Counted from the first letter of the stretch, positions 29,350 to 38,346 are shown. The stretch is 64,000 bases of DNA from an uncultured beta proteobacterium (GCA_942493065.1 OW818671.1:766104-830103), one strand, 5' to 3'. Notes: generated by a model not told the origin, from the letters alone. Program-made: numbers and translations.

Positions 29350-29366
29350 CTGGCACATGCCATGCA
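29350..29366 (+). promoter_or_regulatory. Putative sigma54 promoter
   Basis: CTGGCAC-ATGCC-ATGCA, GG-N10-GC, preceded by an AT-rich tract. Confidence 0.55.
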
Positions 29367-29399
29367 TTGAGTTCCGTCGTCGTCTCACGCCGGAACACC

Positions 29400-29870
29400 A
29401 TGCAAATCGCTTCAGTCAATCCAGGAATCGCCGCCGCCCTGACCAGCATCACTGCCGGGTTGGAGAAAAACAGTCCGGCTGCCGATGCCGCTCAGGAAGC
29501 CATCAAGGAATCCTCTGCCCCTTCAGAGCGCGCTGTTGCGCCGGTCGAGAACGAGCGCAGCGACTCTGCCAACGTCTCCATTTCGGCCAACGCGCAAACC
29601 CAGGCGGCCAAAGGCTTGCCGGCGCCGGTCTATGCCGAGATCTGGCAGGGCGACATCAAGGTGGCCCAGGTAGACATCCATGGTCATGTCACCTCCTATT
29701 CCGCCATGCTCGCCTCCGGTGGCGGTGGACTGGCCGGGCCGCTGGTTGCCGCACAACGCGCCGTACAGGTGGCGCAACTGCTCGGTGGAGAAATTCGCAG
29801 CGCCGGACAATCGCTCGACAAGCAGACCTTGTTGATGCGCGCAAAATTGGCCAACACCTATTCAGTCTGA
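29400..29870 (+). CDS. Hypothetical protein (156 aa)
   Basis: Low-complexity N-half with DSANVSISANA motif and globular C-half; host-like codon usage. Confidence 0.7.
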   Translation: MQIASVNPGIAAALTSITAGLEKNSPAADAAQEAIKESSAPSERAVAPVENERSDSANVSISANAQTQAAKGLPAPVYAEIWQGDIKVAQVDIHGHVTSYSAMLASGGGGLAGPLVAAQRAVQVAQLLGGEIRSAGQSLDKQTLLMRAKLANTYSV

Positions 29871-29907
29871 GCGAAATTGGCCGATAAAAATACTTCAGTT
29901 CATGGAA

Positions 29908-29924
29908 TTGGCACGAAGCCTGCC
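29908..29924 (+). promoter_or_regulatory. Putative sigma54 promoter
   Basis: TTGGCACG-AAGC-CTGCC, GG-N10-GC with perfect -24 element. Confidence 0.5.
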
Positions 29925-30038
29925 TATGTGTCGGCAAGCCCGCAGAAATAGAGGGTGAAACTGCTTCTAAACCCGCTTTAAGGAAAAAACTTGCCGCCCA
30001 TGATGACCATCAGGCGGCACGGTTTGCCGGAGACCACG

Positions 30039-30404
30039 ATGCGTAAGAACCGTTCGAAACAAACTGTATTGCCACTGGGCATCAAAAACAAACTCAAGAC
30101 CGAGTTGCCCGCGCTGGTGGCACTCACGGCGATTGGCCAGTCATGGTTCACCGCCCAGCATCAGTCCGACCTGCTGGCAGTTGCGCTGGTGGTGCGCGAG
30201 ATGGCGCTGCCGGGTAGCCTGCAGGCCGAATGCGCTGCCGAATTGCAGCGCCTGTGCGAGCAGGAAATCACCATGGACAATAAAACCGATATCGCGCTCA
30301 ATCTCGCCGAATGCCTGCCCTGGCTACAGGTTCAGCAAAATCATCTGGTCGCCAAGGCCATCCAGGCCCTGTCGGAAAAAGCCAACCTCGCCATGGCGGC
30401 CTAG
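30039..30404 (+). CDS. Hypothetical protein (121 aa)
   Basis: GGAGA RBS before ATG 30039; basic N-terminus; ends ANLAMAA. Confidence 0.7.
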   Translation: MRKNRSKQTVLPLGIKNKLKTELPALVALTAIGQSWFTAQHQSDLLAVALVVREMALPGSLQAECAAELQRLCEQEITMDNKTDIALNLAECLPWLQVQQNHLVAKAIQALSEKANLAMAA

Positions 30405-30408
30405 TATT

Positions 30409-30432
30409 GCCGTCTTATCAGCGCCGACATTT
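30409..30432 (-). repeat. Dispersed 24-bp motif copy 9 (abuts FAH TAA stop)
   Basis: + strand GCCGTCTTATCAGCGCCGACATTT. Confidence 0.88.
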
Positions 30433-31198
30433 ACTCGTAACGATTGACGAGCCGCCCAATCCCGTCAATCACCACTTCGACCGTATCGCCTGCCGCGAGC
30501 GGCCCGGCGCCGACCGAGGTGCCGCAGGCAATCACGTCGCCTGCTTCCAGTGTCATGTCCTGGGAAATGCGGCTGACGATTTCGGCCGGCGAAAAGAACA
30601 TGTCGCTGACCGGATAGTCTTGGCGCACCTCGCCCGAGATGACTGCACCGACCCGCAGGCTGGCGGGATCAAGACCGGTGGCAATCACCGGGCCGAACAC
30701 GCCGAAGGTGTCAAAGCTCTTGGCGCGCGTCCAATGCACGAAGGCCGGATCGAGGCGCATCACATCGCGGGCCGTCACGTCATTCACGCAGGTATAGCCG
30801 AAGATGGCTGCCGGTGCCTCGGCGACTGACACCGCCTTGGAGCGCCGGCCGATCACAATACCCAGCTCCGCCTCGAACACCACCGCGCCGTGATAACCGG
30901 CCGGGCGGCGAATCGTGTCGCCATGCGCCGCAAAACAGTTGCTGCTCTTGAGAAAGTAGAGCGGATGCTCGGGGCGATGCAGCCCCTCCTTCGTTGCTCG
31001 CTCATGGAAGTTGTTCCACAGACCGATCATCTTGCCCGGCCGGCAGGGCATCAGCACGCGCACGTCCGCCAGCGCAAACTGCTGTGACGTGGGCTGCGGG
31101 TCGGCAAACAGGTCGCCAGTCCAGACGGTGACGATTTCGTTGTCGAGGGTGCCGAAATGTTCAGCCCCTGCCGCTTCAAAGCGCAGCCAGTGGGTCAT
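30431..31198 (-). CDS. Fumarylacetoacetate hydrolase family protein
   Basis: P.YFLKSSN, FEAELGIVIG, GYTCVNDVTARD, RAKSFDTFG..GP, GDVIACGT. Confidence 0.92.
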   Translation of the reverse strand: MTHWLRFEAAGAEHFGTLDNEIVTVWTGDLFADPQPTSQQFALADVRVLMPCRPGKMIGLWNNFHERATKEGLHRPEHPLYFLKSSNCFAAHGDTIRRPAGYHGAVVFEAELGIVIGRRSKAVSVAEAPAAIFGYTCVNDVTARDVMRLDPAFVHWTRAKSFDTFGVFGPVIATGLDPASLRVGAVISGEVRQDYPVSDMFFSPAEIVSRISQDMTLEAGDVIACGTSVGAGPLAAGDTVEVVIDGIGRLVNRYE

Positions 31199-31209
31199 GC
31201 CTTTAATCC

Positions 31210-33813
31210 TCAGTCCGTGGCTTTCGAGTGTAGCAGCCGCGCGAACAGCTTGCGCGCTTCCTCTAGCAGCAGCGTGCTCGATGCCACCAGCACGGCCACG
31301 CCCCACTCCTGCGCGCTCAAATCCACCGTATCGAAGATCGCCTGTGCCGGTGCCCAATGCACGGCCACGACTTGCAGAATAACGACGGCGGCGAGGGCCA
31401 GCCACAGTTTGCCGTTGCTGAAGAACTGGCGATTGAAGGCGCTGCCATGTTCGGCGCGGGCGTTGAAGATATTGAAGAATTGGAACAGCACGAAGGTGGT
31501 GAAGGCCAGCGTCATTGCTTTTGCGACATTGCCGCTCTGCATTGCCCAGCTATAGACGGCCAGTGTGCCGACGGCCATCGTCGCGCCATAAAGTCCGATA
31601 CGCCACAGGCGCTGCCACGACAGGATCGACGCATCTGCGGCGCGCGGCTTGTCCTGCATGATACCGGGGCGCGCGGGTTCAACGCCCAAGGTCATCGCGG
31701 GCGGGCCATCCATGATGATGTTGACCCAAAGAATCTGGATCGCCGTAAAGGGCGTGGCGAAACCGAGGAAAGGCGCGCCGAGCACGGTGAGGATGGCGCC
31801 GATGTTGGTCGACAACTGGAAGCGCACAAACTTGACGATGTTGTCGTAAATGGTGCGCCCCTCCTCGACGGCATGCACAATCGAGACGAAGTTGTCGTCG
31901 GTGAGCACCATGGTGGCGGCTTCCTTGGTCACCTCGGTGCCGGTAATGCCCATCGCTACGCCGATGTCGGCGGTCTTGAGGGCTGGCGCATCGTTGACAC
32001 CATCGCCGGTCATCGCCACCACATGGCCCTGTGACTGCAGAGCTTCGACAATCTGCATCTTGTGTTCAGGCGCCACGCGCGCGAACACCGCGCTTCTTTC
32101 CACCAGCGCGGCGATTTCTGCCTGACTCAAGCCGTCGAGATCGCGCCCCTCGTGGGCCTCGCCTTCGAGGCCGAGTTCGCGCGCGATGGCGGCTGCGGTG
32201 ATGCGGTGATCACCGGTAATCACCTTAACCTGCACACCGGCCACGCGGCAGGTGGCAATCGCCTCCTTCGCCTCTGCGCGTGGCGGATCGATGATGCCGA
32301 CCAGGGCATCGATGGTCAGCCCCTCCACCCACGGCATCAAGTCGACACCGGGGTAAAAGTCGGCGCTGGGAAGACGGCGACTGGCTAGCGCCAGCACGCG
32401 CATGGCTTCGCCGGCCAGCGCTTCGTTTTCATCCGCAAACCGTTGGCGCGTGGCATCGTCCAGTACGGCACGCCCCAGCAGTACATCGGGCGCACCCTTG
32501 ACGCAGACCAGTATGTCGTCGCCATCGCGATGGAAGGTCGCCATGAACTTGTGCGCCGAGTCAAAGGGAATTTCGGCGATGCGCGGTCGGGCCGCAGCGG
32601 CGCTGTCCGGGTCGAGACCGGCCAATGCCGCCAGTCCGAGCAGCGCGCCCTCGGTTGGGTCGCCGATCAACACGCCATCGCGCAGGCGCGCATCGACGCA
32701 CAACGCGGCGGGCAGCAGGCGTTCGGACAAGGACTCGGGCAGCGGCTCGGCCTCAAGCCGGTAACGTTGGCCCTCGCAGAAAAGCGCGCGCGCGGTCATC
32801 TGATTCAAGGTCAGCGTGCCGGTCTTGTCGGAGCAGATCACTGTGGTGCACCCCAGCGTTTCGACAGCGGCAAGTTTCTTCACAATGGCATGGCGTTTGG
32901 CCATGCGGTGCATGCCGAGCGCCAGTGTGACGGTGACCACCGCCGGCAGACCTTCGGGAATCGCGGCAACCGCCAACGCAATCGCCGTCATCGCGGTCTT
33001 GACCAGATCGTCGCCGCGCATCAATCCAAACACGAACATCAGACCGACCACCACGCTGGCGATTAGCGCGAGGCGCTTGCCGAGCGCATCGAGCTGGATT
33101 TGCAGCGGCGTCGCGCCATCCGCCGTTTCCGCGAGCAGATCGGCCAGTCGGCCCATCTCGGTCTGCATGCCGGTGGCGGTGACGATGGCTTCGATGCGCC
33201 CGCGCGTGACCACCGTGTTCATGAACACCATGTTGTGCCGTTCCGCCAGCGCCGACTTTTCATCGACTGCCTCCGGCAGCTTCGTCACCGCCTGCGATTC
33301 GCCGGTCAGTGCTGCCTCAGCCACTTCGGCACTGTGGGCCGAGAGCACGCGCGCATCGGCAGGGATGCGGTCGCCGGCTTCAAGCAACAGGATGTCGCCG
33401 GGCACCAGTTCGCCGGCTTCGATGAGATGCACCGTGCCATCACGTCGCACGCGCGCCGTGGGGGCGAGCATGTTCTTCAGTGCGGCAAGCGCCGCCTCGG
33501 CACGGTGTTCCTGGAAGAAACCGAGCGTGGCGTTGAGCAGCACCACGACGACGATGACCATCGAATCCTTGATCTCGCCGATCGCACCGGCCAGCACGGC
33601 CGCCCCGAGCAGGATCAACACCAGCAGGCTTTTGAACTGGTCGAGGAATTTCAGCCAGACCGGCCGTGGTACCTTCTCGGCGAGACGGTTGGGGCCGTAC
33701 TGGATGAGGCGGCTGGCTGCCACCTCGCTTTGCAAACCCGTTGCCGGCGCGGACTCCAGTTGCTCGGTCACGACAGTGACCGACAAGGCGTGCCACGCCG
33801 GCATGGGGTTCAT
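31210..33813 (-). CDS. Type II cation-transporting P-type ATPase (Ca2+/Mn2+, SPCA/PacL-like)
   Basis: LTGES, AIPEGLP, DKTGTLT, KGAPD, TGDGVNDAPALK, WVNIIMDGPPA. Confidence 0.92.
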   Translation of the reverse strand: MNPMPAWHALSVTVVTEQLESAPATGLQSEVAASRLIQYGPNRLAEKVPRPVWLKFLDQFKSLLVLILLGAAVLAGAIGEIKDSMVIVVVVLLNATLGFFQEHRAEAALAALKNMLAPTARVRRDGTVHLIEAGELVPGDILLLEAGDRIPADARVLSAHSAEVAEAALTGESQAVTKLPEAVDEKSALAERHNMVFMNTVVTRGRIEAIVTATGMQTEMGRLADLLAETADGATPLQIQLDALGKRLALIASVVVGLMFVFGLMRGDDLVKTAMTAIALAVAAIPEGLPAVVTVTLALGMHRMAKRHAIVKKLAAVETLGCTTVICSDKTGTLTLNQMTARALFCEGQRYRLEAEPLPESLSERLLPAALCVDARLRDGVLIGDPTEGALLGLAALAGLDPDSAAAARPRIAEIPFDSAHKFMATFHRDGDDILVCVKGAPDVLLGRAVLDDATRQRFADENEALAGEAMRVLALASRRLPSADFYPGVDLMPWVEGLTIDALVGIIDPPRAEAKEAIATCRVAGVQVKVITGDHRITAAAIARELGLEGEAHEGRDLDGLSQAEIAALVERSAVFARVAPEHKMQIVEALQSQGHVVAMTGDGVNDAPALKTADIGVAMGITGTEVTKEAATMVLTDDNFVSIVHAVEEGRTIYDNIVKFVRFQLSTNIGAILTVLGAPFLGFATPFTAIQILWVNIIMDGPPAMTLGVEPARPGIMQDKPRAADASILSWQRLWRIGLYGATMAVGTLAVYSWAMQSGNVAKAMTLAFTTFVLFQFFNIFNARAEHGSAFNRQFFSNGKLWLALAAVVILQVVAVHWAPAQAIFDTVDLSAQEWGVAVLVASSTLLLEEARKLFARLLHSKATD
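32355..32378 (+). repeat. Dispersed 24-bp motif copy 10 (in P-type ATPase)
   Basis: AAAAGTCGGCGCTGGGAAGACGGC; coding strand encodes RLPSADF. Confidence 0.9.
33237..33260 (-). repeat. Dispersed 24-bp motif copy 11 (in P-type ATPase)
   Basis: + strand GCCGTTCCGCCAGCGCCGACTTTT; encodes KSALAERH. Confidence 0.88.
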
Positions 33814-33826
33814 TTCATCAGCTCAC

Positions 33827-34507
33827 TCAGTCGTCGCCACCGAAGACGCCGAGCAACTGCAGCAGGCTGGTGAAGAGGTTGAAGATCGAGACGAAGAGGC
33901 TGACGGTGGCCATCACGTAGTTGGTCTCGCCACCGTGGATGATGTTGCTGGTCTCAAACAGAATCAGGCCGGACATCAGCAGCACGAAGGCGGCCGACAC
34001 GGTCAGCGACAGCGCGGGGATCTCGAAGAAGATCGCGGCTAGGCCGGCGACGAAGGCGACGAGCATGCCGACCATCAGGAAGCCGCTCATGAAGCTGAAG
34101 TCCTTCTTCGTCGTCAGCGCGTAGGCAGACAGACCGACAAAGATTACTGCCGTGCCAGCCATCGCCTGCATGACGATTTCGGCGCCGTTGGGCATGCCGA
34201 GATAGCGGTTGATGATCGGGCCGAGCGTATAGCCCATGAAGCCGGTCAGCGCAAACACCAGCGCCACGCCGGCGCCGCTGTTCTGAAATTTGGTAATGGC
34301 GAACAACAGGCCGAAGTAGCCGACCAGCGTGATGATGATGCCCGGATGCGGCAGGTTCAACGCCACCGACGCACCAGCGGTCACCGCAGCAAACAGCAGC
34401 GTCATGGATAGCAGCATGTAGGTGTTGCGGATCACCCGGTTGCTGGCGAGGACCGATTCGGCGCCGCCGTGCGGAAAGGCAATGGCTTGGTTTCTCGGTT
34501 GGTTCAT
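33827..34507 (-). CDS. yccA: Bax inhibitor-1/YccA family membrane protein
   Basis: NRVIRNTYMLLSMTL, GYTLGPIIN.YL, GGETNYVMATVSL.VSIFNLF.SLL; AAGGAG RBS. Confidence 0.92.
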   Translation of the reverse strand: MNQPRNQAIAFPHGGAESVLASNRVIRNTYMLLSMTLLFAAVTAGASVALNLPHPGIIITLVGYFGLLFAITKFQNSGAGVALVFALTGFMGYTLGPIINRYLGMPNGAEIVMQAMAGTAVIFVGLSAYALTTKKDFSFMSGFLMVGMLVAFVAGLAAIFFEIPALSLTVSAAFVLLMSGLILFETSNIIHGGETNYVMATVSLFVSIFNLFTSLLQLLGVFGGDD

Positions 34508-34635
34508 GTGTGTCTCCTTGGGTTGAAGCGTGACAGTCATACGCAGGATTTTCGATGCCTTAACAGGATAAGGGCAAGCACCCATCAAATAAAGTCGAAT
34601 ATTCCTGAGTTAAAGCTCGACTTATTCGAGCTTTA

Positions 34636-34659
34636 AAAAGTCGGTGCTGGCCGGACGGC
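34636..34659 (+). repeat. Dispersed 24-bp motif copy 12 (intergenic)
   Basis: AAAAGTCGGTGCTGGCCGGACGGC. Confidence 0.85.
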
Positions 34660-34767
34660 ATAAACGCGCCCCATCCCGGGGCAAATATCGCCGTTCTGCG
34701 CGGATTTTGCCGACCTGATTTTCTTGCCATTATCGCCAATGGCCTGTTTTGCGGTAGAAACCACGAA

Positions 34768-34784
34768 CTGGCCCGGGTTTTGCA
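34768..34784 (+). promoter_or_regulatory. Putative sigma54 promoter
   Basis: CTGGCCCG-GGTT-TTGCA, GG-N10-GC. Confidence 0.55.
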
Positions 34785-34846
34785 TTTAGATCGGCGTGCA
34801 AGCGCACGCAACTTCGAATGCAATAGAGGACTTCAAGGAGACTGTC

Positions 34847-35005
34847 ATGATCGTACGTCGTCGCACCTGGTTTTATCGCCTGGCCGGTCAGAAGTTTGCA
34901 CAGGTCATCACCTTCACCATGCCCGTGACGGCCGCCAAGGTTCGTGATGCGCTGAGCCGTAGCGTCGGCGCACCGCTCGAACTCTGGGGCCGCTCAGCGC
35001 ACTAA
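34847..35005 (+). CDS. Small hypothetical protein (52 aa)
   Basis: AAGGAG RBS; MIVRRRTWFYRLAGQ..; host-like codons. Confidence 0.65.
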   Translation: MIVRRRTWFYRLAGQKFAQVITFTMPVTAAKVRDALSRSVGAPLELWGRSAH

Positions 35006-35062
35006 TCGGCTCATCTTCCCCCCCCCGGCTTGTCGTTACTAGAGACAAGCAAGGAGATGATC

Positions 35063-35386
35063 ATGAGCGCTTCACTTCGACTGGTTGCCAGCAATCCCCA
35101 TCCGACAGGCCATCGCCGCGTCGATGCGGCGACCTTGCATCGTCTCGCCGACCATCTGACCGCACAGATTCAGGCCGGCAATGACCGGCTGGCCCACGCG
35201 CTGGTGGTCAATGAACATCTCAATCCCCTTGGTGTTGCAGCGGTGGCTACCTGGATGTCGCGCGCAGGCTTGAGCGAGTCGCAGATCCTCGCGGTAATGG
35301 TTGGCCAAAGCGATCCAGCAACCGCGCCCAGAAACCAGACACCGGCTGCACCTGAACTTGCGCCTTGCCGTGGAGCGCATCAATAA
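35063..35386 (+). CDS. Hypothetical protein (107 aa)
   Basis: AAGGAG RBS upstream; 3' end overlaps the DUF2917 ORF. Confidence 0.55.
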   Translation: MSASLRLVASNPHPTGHRRVDAATLHRLADHLTAQIQAGNDRLAHALVVNEHLNPLGVAAVATWMSRAGLSESQILAVMVGQSDPATAPRNQTPAAPELAPCRGAHQ

Positions 35387-35564
35387 GGATGCGCCCGTTG
35401 ATCGGGATCTGATACACCGCACCGGCTTGCAGAAACACGTCCTCGGGAATGCCGCTGGCGGTGATCCAGACCGTGCCGGAGACCACTTGCAGCAAACGGG
35501 CGCGTGCCGCCTCAAGTGCGATCGGGCGATCGGCTTCCAGCAGGTACTCATCCGGGTTGTCCAT
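35247..35564 (-). CDS. DUF2917 domain protein
   Basis: LQVVSGTVWITASG.PEDVFLQAG; divergent from a MocR regulator, a typical context. Confidence 0.7.
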   Translation of the reverse strand: MDNPDEYLLEADRPIALEAARARLLQVVSGTVWITASGIPEDVFLQAGAVYQIPINGRILIDALHGKAQVQVQPVSGFWARLLDRFGQPLPRGSATRSSLRATSR

Positions 35565-35652
35565 GGCGTTCTCCCAAGCAGGTGACGATGGCTCCATGCT
35601 AGGGCGCAAGACAGCAGCGATACAGATTCACCACGCCAGAATTGTGACCATG

Positions 35653-35703
35653 ACAGTCTGTTTGAATTAAAACTGTGCTGATCGATAATGGTGGCAACTG
35701 TGC
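35653..35703. promoter_or_regulatory. Candidate MocR operator repeats
   Basis: AACTGTGC direct repeats at 35671 and 35696, plus inverted ACAGT at 35653. Confidence 0.45.
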
Positions 35704-35739
35704 AGGTCATCCGCCCCCTGTCCGCGCCACAATGCCGCC

Positions 35740-37152
35740 ATGCTGCTCTACGAAAATCTTGCCAATGAATTCGCCACGCTGATCGGTGACGGACAGATGC
35801 GTCCCGGCGACCGCCTGCCCTCGGTGCGCCACTTGGCGCAGCAGCGCCAGCTTTCCATCTCCACCGTCGTGCAGGCGCTGCGCACGCTGGAAAGCCGCGG
35901 CATCGTCGAAGCCCGGCCACAATCCGGCTACTACGTGCGCGGCCGCACCGCGCGCTGCGTCGACGCACCAGCGCCCACTACGGCCGCCCTCCCCGTTGAA
36001 GTGGGCGTCAGTCGCCGTTTGGTCGATGTGCTGCGTGCCAACGAGGCGCCCGGCATGGTGCCGCTCGGTTCCGCCCTGCCCGCCCCGGAACTGCTGCTGG
36101 CACCACGACTGAATCGCCTGTACGCCAGCATCGCGCGGTGCCAGCCCAAACTGCTGGCCGGTAGCAGCCACGGCGAACTCAGTGAAGCGCCGCTGGTGCG
36201 CGCCCTGATGCGCCGCGCGCTTGAGTGGGGCTACCCGCTGGCTGCTGACGAAATCATCGTGACCAACTCCTGCACCGAGGCGATGACGCTGTGTCTGCGT
36301 GCCGTCACCAAGCCCGGCGATACCGTCGCCGTCGAATCGCCGACCTATTACGTCATGCTCCAACTGCTTGAGGCGATGGGCCTGCGTGCGCTGGAAATCC
36401 CGACGCATCCTGATACCGGCGTGTCGCTCGACGCCCTCGAACTGGCCACGCGCAACGGCCAGGTGGCCGCCTGCCTGTTCATCCCGAATGGCGCCAATCC
36501 GCTCGGCAGCGTGATTCCCGACGCGACCAAGCAGGCCATCGCCAGCCTGCTGGCGGCGCGCAATGTGCCGCTGATCGAGGACGACATCTACGGTGACGTC
36601 TGCTTTACCCCCGTGCGTCCACGACCGATCCATGCCTTCGACCCGAGCGGCAACACTATGCTGTGCTCCTCGTTCTCGAAAACGGTCAGTCCGGCGCTGC
36701 GCGTCGGTTTCGTCGCGGCTGGCAGGCGCATCGGCGACATCGTGCTGCAGAAGACGCTGACCAGCGGCAAGACCAATCCGCTGACTCAACGCGTGATTGC
36801 CGAATTGCTCGAAACACGTGGCTTCGACGTGCATCTGCGCACCCTGCGGCGGCGCTTCGCCGACCAGATCGGGCGTGTGCGCGATGGCGTGGCGCGTTAC
36901 TTCCCGGCCGACACGCGTGTCACCGATCCGCAGGGCGGCTTTGTGCTGTGGCTCGAACTGCCGGCCGATATCGACGCCACGGCGCTCCATCGCAAGGCGG
37001 TGGCGGCGGGCATTGCCTTCGTACCGGGCGAGATGTTTTCGGCCAGCGGCCAGTACCGCAACTACCTGCGGCTGGCCTGCGGGCATCCGTGGAGCGAGCG
37101 CATCGACGACGGGCTGCGGCAGCTGGGACTGTTGATCGCCCAGCTTAAATAG
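35740..37152 (+). CDS. MocR/GabR family regulator (GntR wHTH + PLP aminotransferase domain)
   Basis: GDRLPSVR.LA...SISTV.QA...LE..G.VEARPQSGYYV; IEDDIY; SSFSKT..P.LRVG. Confidence 0.93.
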   Translation: MLLYENLANEFATLIGDGQMRPGDRLPSVRHLAQQRQLSISTVVQALRTLESRGIVEARPQSGYYVRGRTARCVDAPAPTTAALPVEVGVSRRLVDVLRANEAPGMVPLGSALPAPELLLAPRLNRLYASIARCQPKLLAGSSHGELSEAPLVRALMRRALEWGYPLAADEIIVTNSCTEAMTLCLRAVTKPGDTVAVESPTYYVMLQLLEAMGLRALEIPTHPDTGVSLDALELATRNGQVAACLFIPNGANPLGSVIPDATKQAIASLLAARNVPLIEDDIYGDVCFTPVRPRPIHAFDPSGNTMLCSSFSKTVSPALRVGFVAAGRRIGDIVLQKTLTSGKTNPLTQRVIAELLETRGFDVHLRTLRRRFADQIGRVRDGVARYFPADTRVTDPQGGFVLWLELPADIDATALHRKAVAAGIAFVPGEMFSASGQYRNYLRLACGHPWSERIDDGLRQLGLLIAQLK

Positions 37153-37216
37153 CACAACACTTTTATATATCTTTAGCATAAGATGCCACCTCGATTCTCA
37201 TCCACAGGCGGCAAGT

Positions 37217-38044
37217 TTGAAAACACTGATTGCGCTGGTGAGTTGCATGTGGCTGGCCGGCGCGGTCAGCGCCAAAGACACGCTGGTCTGGATGCGACTC
37301 GACTTCCCGCCCTCCTTCGTCGCCAACGGCCCGGATCAGGGCATGGGCTATTCGGACGTGGCAATGCAGATTGCCATCCAGTCGCTGCCGGACTACACCC
37401 ACGAGACAACGTTTGTGAATCCGTCCAAGGCCATCCAGAACCTGAGAACCCAGAGCAATTTCTGCGGTTCCGGCCTGAATCGGAACGCCGAGCGCGAGAC
37501 CTTCATGGAATTTTCCGTGCCGTTCATCAAGCGCCTGCCGAACCAGCTCGTCATCCTGAAAGAAACCCTGCCACGTCTGCGGCCCTACATCGAAACCAAT
37601 GGGCGCGTGGATTTCGCCCGCCTGATCAATGACGAAGCCTTGAAGATGGGTTTTCACAAGGAGCGCTCCTACGGTGCGAGCATCGACCCGCATATCACCG
37701 AAAAGCCTCGGGCACACCTGATTCACCGACCCGCCAACGATCTGACGCTGGGCTTCCTGCACATGCTCAAGGCGCAAGAGATCGACTACATCATCGAATC
37801 GCCCGACAGCCTGCGCTATTTCCAGCGACGGGGCAATTACCAGGGCGCCTTCTGGTCGCTGCCCATCAAGGAAGCGGAAGGCCTGCTACCGGTATATTTC
37901 GCCTGCCCCAAATCGGCACTGGGCAAACAGGTCATCCGTAAAATCGACGCCATCATTCAGGCGCGCCAGAGCGAATTCGAAGCGGCTTATCTCTATTGGG
38001 TTTCCGACGAGTCCCGTACGCCGCCGCAGGTGGAGAAATACTAG
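37217..38044 (+). CDS. Periplasmic binding protein type 2, TIGR02285-like (orphan)
   Basis: Signal peptide, W...DFPP, ERE.F.EFS.P, RSYG..ID; TTG start. Confidence 0.6.
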   Translation: MKTLIALVSCMWLAGAVSAKDTLVWMRLDFPPSFVANGPDQGMGYSDVAMQIAIQSLPDYTHETTFVNPSKAIQNLRTQSNFCGSGLNRNAERETFMEFSVPFIKRLPNQLVILKETLPRLRPYIETNGRVDFARLINDEALKMGFHKERSYGASIDPHITEKPRAHLIHRPANDLTLGFLHMLKAQEIDYIIESPDSLRYFQRRGNYQGAFWSLPIKEAEGLLPVYFACPKSALGKQVIRKIDAIIQARQSEFEAAYLYWVSDESRTPPQVEKY

Positions 38045-38046
38045 TC

Positions 38047-38346
38047 ATGAAAATTCATCTCCTGCCCATGGGCGCCCGCTTCGAATACGAAGGCGGCGAA
38101 TACGTCAAAACCGGCCCGCAACTGGCCTCCGGTAAAAACGGTCAGCGCCTGATTCCGAAATACGCGGTACTGCAGGTACTCGATAACACCACCGTGCCCG
38201 TTGAAAAGAAAACGGATGCGCTCCCGCGCGCCGCCGTGCTGGCTGCCTTCGAGACGTGCTACGCCAAGTGCGTCGCACTGATTCCCGCAGAACAGCAAGC
38301 GGAAGCAGCAGCAGCGCGGGATGCTTTCCTGAAGTCGCTGGGATAA
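38047..38346 (+). CDS. Hypothetical protein (99 aa)
   Basis: Fills the gap between flanking + strand genes; host-like codons. Confidence 0.65.
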   Translation: MKIHLLPMGARFEYEGGEYVKTGPQLASGKNGQRLIPKYAVLQVLDNTTVPVEKKTDALPRAAVLAAFETCYAKCVALIPAEQQAEAAAARDAFLKSLG

